Sequence record: PP813861.1
DNA length: 64,000 nucleotides
Reading direction: 5' to 3' (one strand)
Positions 60,075 to 64,000 of the stretch are shown one piece after another. How positions within the stretch are numbered: the stretch's first letter is position 1; each line of letters begins with the position of its first letter. Below the pieces are notes generated by a model. That model searched no databases, was not told where the DNA came from, and saw only the letters and a program-made list of their open reading frames with translations. The position numbers were made by a program, and so were the translations under genes.

Positions 60075-62240
60075 TTATTTGATAAGCTTAAGTAGAACAG
60101 CATTATCAACAAGAGCGCCACGAATAACTTGTAGATAAGATCCATCAGCAGTGATAATGTACATTTTGTGGGTACGTGCATCATCTGAATCTTTAGAGCT
60201 ATTTAGACGCTTTGCCATTCCCATGATTACTTGAGTAATCTTAGGTTCAGTAAGTTTACTGATAAGCACTGCTTTCTCGGTATAAATATTTAGGCAGGAT
60301 AGTTCCTCAAGGCGCCAGCCAGTTTGGAAACGCACTGATAGATCTAGAATAGAATTACCTTCTTCTGGATCAATATTAACACACATACTCCGTCCAACAA
60401 TAAACGGAATACTAGCGGTAAATTTATCAGCTACTGACTTACCCTTCTTACCGATCAGATATGCGATAAGGTCACCGATATCTTCACAGAAGTCATCAAT
60501 GGTTACCTTCTGACTCATTGAATCAGCCAGGAACTCATTAACTGCACTGGTGAGCCTTTCAACTAGGAACCGATAGTAGCGTTGAGCCAGCTTACCATCT
60601 AGCATTAGTTGCTTAAGGCGCTTTGCAATTAGATGCGGATCGGGTTCTTTTCGAATATCCTCGATCTCATACATGACTTCAGTTGAAGCATCAAATGGAT
60701 GGGATGATGCTGCGCGATACTCATGTGCTGGAACTACATCATCTTCGCTTAGCTCAAGTGCTTCACGAACTGCATTGAGTGCACCAGCTTCTGCTTCAAG
60801 ATTATTTGCACAAGCAATATAACCTTCTAGGATAACTGGATCATGTTCACGATTATCAGTTAACCCAGCATCATTTGGTGAAAACTCTTCGGCTACTTCT
60901 TTAACCGGTTTGGCATCACCCATAATGGTAGATAGCTTATAACTGGTTGCAGTACGCGCACCACCACCACGATGTGCTTGACGACGGAGATCATCTTGAA
61001 GCTCATGCTTTAGATAATCCATTTCCATGTGATTCTCCCACTTACGATATACTTCATGTACAGTGTTATCAGGCCATTTAGCAAGGAAGCGACAATATAC
61101 TGCCGGATCCATTAGGATGCTGTATGGATTAGCTGAACTAGCAGTACGTACCCAATCAGGTTTATCTGCAACTAGATGAGCAGGTCGGATTTCAATGCCA
61201 CCTGGATTATAGATAACATCCATCGGACGATCTTTATTAATTACAAATCCATTGGGTACATAATAGTTCGGATCGAATACGAGTTCTTTCACATCTTGAG
61301 GGATGGGTAGATCCGTATTATCATTAGTTACAGTATTTGCATTTTGTTGTAGTTCAGGTAGAATCATTACATCACCTCCACCAGGGATTGTATCATAACT
61401 ACTATTTGGAGATACTTCAACAGTGGCACCCCAAGAGTCTTTAGGTTGCATGACTGGTTTGTTTTCCAGGAAAGGAGAAGAACCAGGTACGTCATATGCA
61501 GCATTTGCAATTGATGGACCAGTGTCATGATTAGTTGTTGGTGTATATGCCCCTGGAATGTTCAGCTGCGGATTAGCCATGGTAGCCGGTTGACCATAGG
61601 TCTGTTGGATACCTGCGTTAATTGGAGGTAGTTGTGAACTCATGCCAGGACGACCCATTGCTGCACCCATCCCAGGGAAACTTCCAGGCTGTACACCAGG
61701 TTGTTGATATCCACCCTGCATCATGGTGTTACCACCCATACGCATCTTTTGGATATCTGATTCAATCTGCCCGATTACACCAAGTGCCTGTTGGATATTC
61801 GGCATTAGATGTTGAACTAGACTTTGTAGCTGCGGGAAGGTTTGAGCACATTTACCAACAAAACCAGACCATACTAGAGATGCAGCTTGCTGCATTGCCT
61901 GCTGTGGGTTATTCACCATTTGACGATGAATAAATAGAAACTCTAGAAAGTCAATAACTTTCTGAGCCCACTGCTGATAATAGTTATTCTGAAAACCATT
62001 ACTAGATAGCAGATTATACGCAAATGCATGAAGCTGGGTGGTAGTAGCAGCATTTTGAGCATTCAGCCGGAACAGCCCAATTACACCATTGAAATATGGT
62101 TGTAGTTGAGGATGTTGTTGATGTGGTGATAACTGTAGCGGTAGGCTAAACAGATAATTCCCATTAGGTAGGTTAGGATCGAAAGTACTGGTATCTACAC
62201 TCTCAAAATCGACAGGTAGATTGTACTGTGCATAGTTCAT
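60075..62240 (-). CDS. Conserved hypothetical protein with a Q/P/G-rich low-complexity linker (phiKZ gp124-like)
   Basis: 721 aa directly downstream of gp123. Confidence 0.7.
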   Translation of the reverse strand: MNYAQYNLPVDFESVDTSTFDPNLPNGNYLFSLPLQLSPHQQHPQLQPYFNGVIGLFRLNAQNAATTTQLHAFAYNLLSSNGFQNNYYQQWAQKVIDFLEFLFIHRQMVNNPQQAMQQAASLVWSGFVGKCAQTFPQLQSLVQHLMPNIQQALGVIGQIESDIQKMRMGGNTMMQGGYQQPGVQPGSFPGMGAAMGRPGMSSQLPPINAGIQQTYGQPATMANPQLNIPGAYTPTTNHDTGPSIANAAYDVPGSSPFLENKPVMQPKDSWGATVEVSPNSSYDTIPGGGDVMILPELQQNANTVTNDNTDLPIPQDVKELVFDPNYYVPNGFVINKDRPMDVIYNPGGIEIRPAHLVADKPDWVRTASSANPYSILMDPAVYCRFLAKWPDNTVHEVYRKWENHMEMDYLKHELQDDLRRQAHRGGGARTATSYKLSTIMGDAKPVKEVAEEFSPNDAGLTDNREHDPVILEGYIACANNLEAEAGALNAVREALELSEDDVVPAHEYRAASSHPFDASTEVMYEIEDIRKEPDPHLIAKRLKQLMLDGKLAQRYYRFLVERLTSAVNEFLADSMSQKVTIDDFCEDIGDLIAYLIGKKGKSVADKFTASIPFIVGRSMCVNIDPEEGNSILDLSVRFQTGWRLEELSCLNIYTEKAVLISKLTEPKITQVIMGMAKRLNSSKDSDDARTHKMYIITADGSYLQVIRGALVDNAVLLKLIK

Positions 62241-62275
62241 GTGAATAATACCTATTAAGTAGTTAAAGATTTAAT

Positions 62276-63907
62276 TTATTTTGCACGGAACATTAATTGA
62301 GCGTTGTCAATTATTTCACGCACTTCTTCACGACGTTCAACTAGTCCAGTTGGACCCACTTTGGTATACATATTAAGCCTACCTCGACCATCCGGGTTGT
62401 TCTTAGGTTGGTTTTTATATTGACCTACCTCAGCAATAGATGCGTGAATAATCCTAGATGAGTCATTGATTAGAGACTTATTATGAGCCTTAGCTGTTTT
62501 AGCGCGATCCTGTGTAACTAGGATAGATGTCCCTTTAATCAACATACTGGAGTTTGGATTACTCATTGTATCGAGTTCACCATGGTCCACTGTTAATCGT
62601 TTAATAGCTGTCTGTAGTTTAAAAGAACGTTTTAAACCTTCGTTTAGCTCTTGTACAGTCCATTCACGATCACGCCTAGACTGGAACATATAACCAAACA
62701 TACTTACAGCATAGTTAAACTCTGACATCAAGTAATGCAGTACTGTTAACCTTTTACCATACATACTAGTTTCATCAATATCAGTAGCATAAAGATGATG
62801 AGCCAAACTAGTCATGATCTCGTAAAGAAGTTCCCAAATAGTACTTACATTGACACCAACTGTTTTAAGTTCTTCAATAGTCATTTCGTCTAGTGAATTA
62901 CAGAAACTGTGTAGGTGTGAATCAATGTTTTCCTCTACTTTACCTTGGTGCTCAAAATCACCAAACACCATGTGACCTAGGATAACACGCCATAAGTTGG
63001 TACTATCTACATATTCAGGTCGAGTAAACCGCATTGGAAATGCATCGACCACATACCAGAAACCAGCGATAAGTCGTGTGGCAAAAATAGATTCTTGATG
63101 ACGAGGTATAACAAGAACCATTTCACCGGTGGGATGTTTACCTTTTAATGTTGCACTGGAATAAATATTCCACTTTTCACGTGGATATTCTTCTTCAGGA
63201 AAATCAGACAGCAGTCCACACTTAACATCTACATTAGCCCATTGTTTGAAAGTTTGAGTTACTCCAAACTGACAGAAGAAATAATGAGCTAAACATGACT
63301 CAATATGTGGTCGATTATCCAGATCTCGTTTAGTACGCTTAGCCATTTCATTGTGAATCTGTGACCAGATCACATACATGATTTTACGCTGACCATTGCA
63401 CATGTAATGGTGGTCAGTTTGTTTAAAGGTTAGCTTAGTACGACGAAACGGGATGAAGATGCTATCATTAAGTACAGAGAACCCAACATCAGTTAATACT
63501 GGTGAACCGATATATTTCGCACCATTGATAGTTACCATATTGCCTCTCTTAAAAGCTGGTAACAACATTGGACGAGGATAAAGCATTTCCCCTTTATAAC
63601 TAAACATTAGGTCAATCATGTACATGTCAGTTGGAGCAATATTGGCAATACGCTTAGCATTATATTCCCGAGTAATCTCTTCAAAATGCTTAAGCGGTGT
63701 ACATGCACGATTGCCTTCATATTTGAAGCCATCGGGAAATAGAACTGAACTGATATCAAATAAAGAATCAATATAACGCCTAGTCATATTAACACCAGTA
63801 TTTGGATCACGAGTCATGGTGTGTTCGACTGTGATACCATTTGCTAGTGTTGGATTCATGCAAGGCGTATTTTCACGAATCTTTTCAATTAGAAATGGAT
63901 CCGGCAT
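62276..63907 (-). CDS. Non-virion RNA polymerase beta subunit, N-terminal part (phiKZ gp123-like)
   Basis: 543 aa with INGAKYIGSPVL (beta region A-like), LYGKRL-like MYGKRLTV, HASIAEVGQY and PDGRGRLN; GGAG RBS. Confidence 0.82.
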   Translation of the reverse strand: MPDPFLIEKIRENTPCMNPTLANGITVEHTMTRDPNTGVNMTRRYIDSLFDISSVLFPDGFKYEGNRACTPLKHFEEITREYNAKRIANIAPTDMYMIDLMFSYKGEMLYPRPMLLPAFKRGNMVTINGAKYIGSPVLTDVGFSVLNDSIFIPFRRTKLTFKQTDHHYMCNGQRKIMYVIWSQIHNEMAKRTKRDLDNRPHIESCLAHYFFCQFGVTQTFKQWANVDVKCGLLSDFPEEEYPREKWNIYSSATLKGKHPTGEMVLVIPRHQESIFATRLIAGFWYVVDAFPMRFTRPEYVDSTNLWRVILGHMVFGDFEHQGKVEENIDSHLHSFCNSLDEMTIEELKTVGVNVSTIWELLYEIMTSLAHHLYATDIDETSMYGKRLTVLHYLMSEFNYAVSMFGYMFQSRRDREWTVQELNEGLKRSFKLQTAIKRLTVDHGELDTMSNPNSSMLIKGTSILVTQDRAKTAKAHNKSLINDSSRIIHASIAEVGQYKNQPKNNPDGRGRLNMYTKVGPTGLVERREEVREIIDNAQLMFRAK

Positions 63908-64000
63908 TATAAACTCCTAAACTTTTGGCAAAATTAAATCCATCAGTGAACCTACAATTTTAATGGATGATACTAGATCAGAGGCAATGGAGTTTAGATC

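Overview
AT-rich, gene-dense segment of a phiKZ-like Pseudomonas jumbo phage (Phikzvirus, nucleus-forming). The 260-aa ORF at 39052-39834 is essentially the phiKZ gp144 endolysin. Gene order and sizes follow phiKZ gp178 down to gp123, so the window is reverse-oriented relative to phiKZ numbering. The gp numbers are recalled from synteny, not from a database search. The window holds: virion RNA polymerase subunits (gp178, gp176, gp149), the non-virion RNAP subunit gp123, prohead protease gp175, portal gp129, inner-body/head proteins (gp177, gp162, gp163, gp153), central spike plus PAAR tip, the gp131-135 fibre family, collagen-like gp146 and gp145, SbcC, UvsX, RNase H, RuvC, and a lysis region. 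No tRNA, rRNA, CRISPR array, intron, intein or IS element was seen. The best second-look items are: (1) a 2OG-Fe(II) oxygenase plus an apparently inactive paralogue, coupled to the tail-fibre operon of a phage with collagen-like fibres; (2) a dispersed CATAA-hairpin-TTATG element family whose tails match the late-promoter motif TATG; (3) an overlapping spanin pair with a holin candidate, and a second membrane protein/lipoprotein pair; (4) interleaved inverted repeats in the endolysin leader; (5) a 58-aa gene missed by the ORF track.
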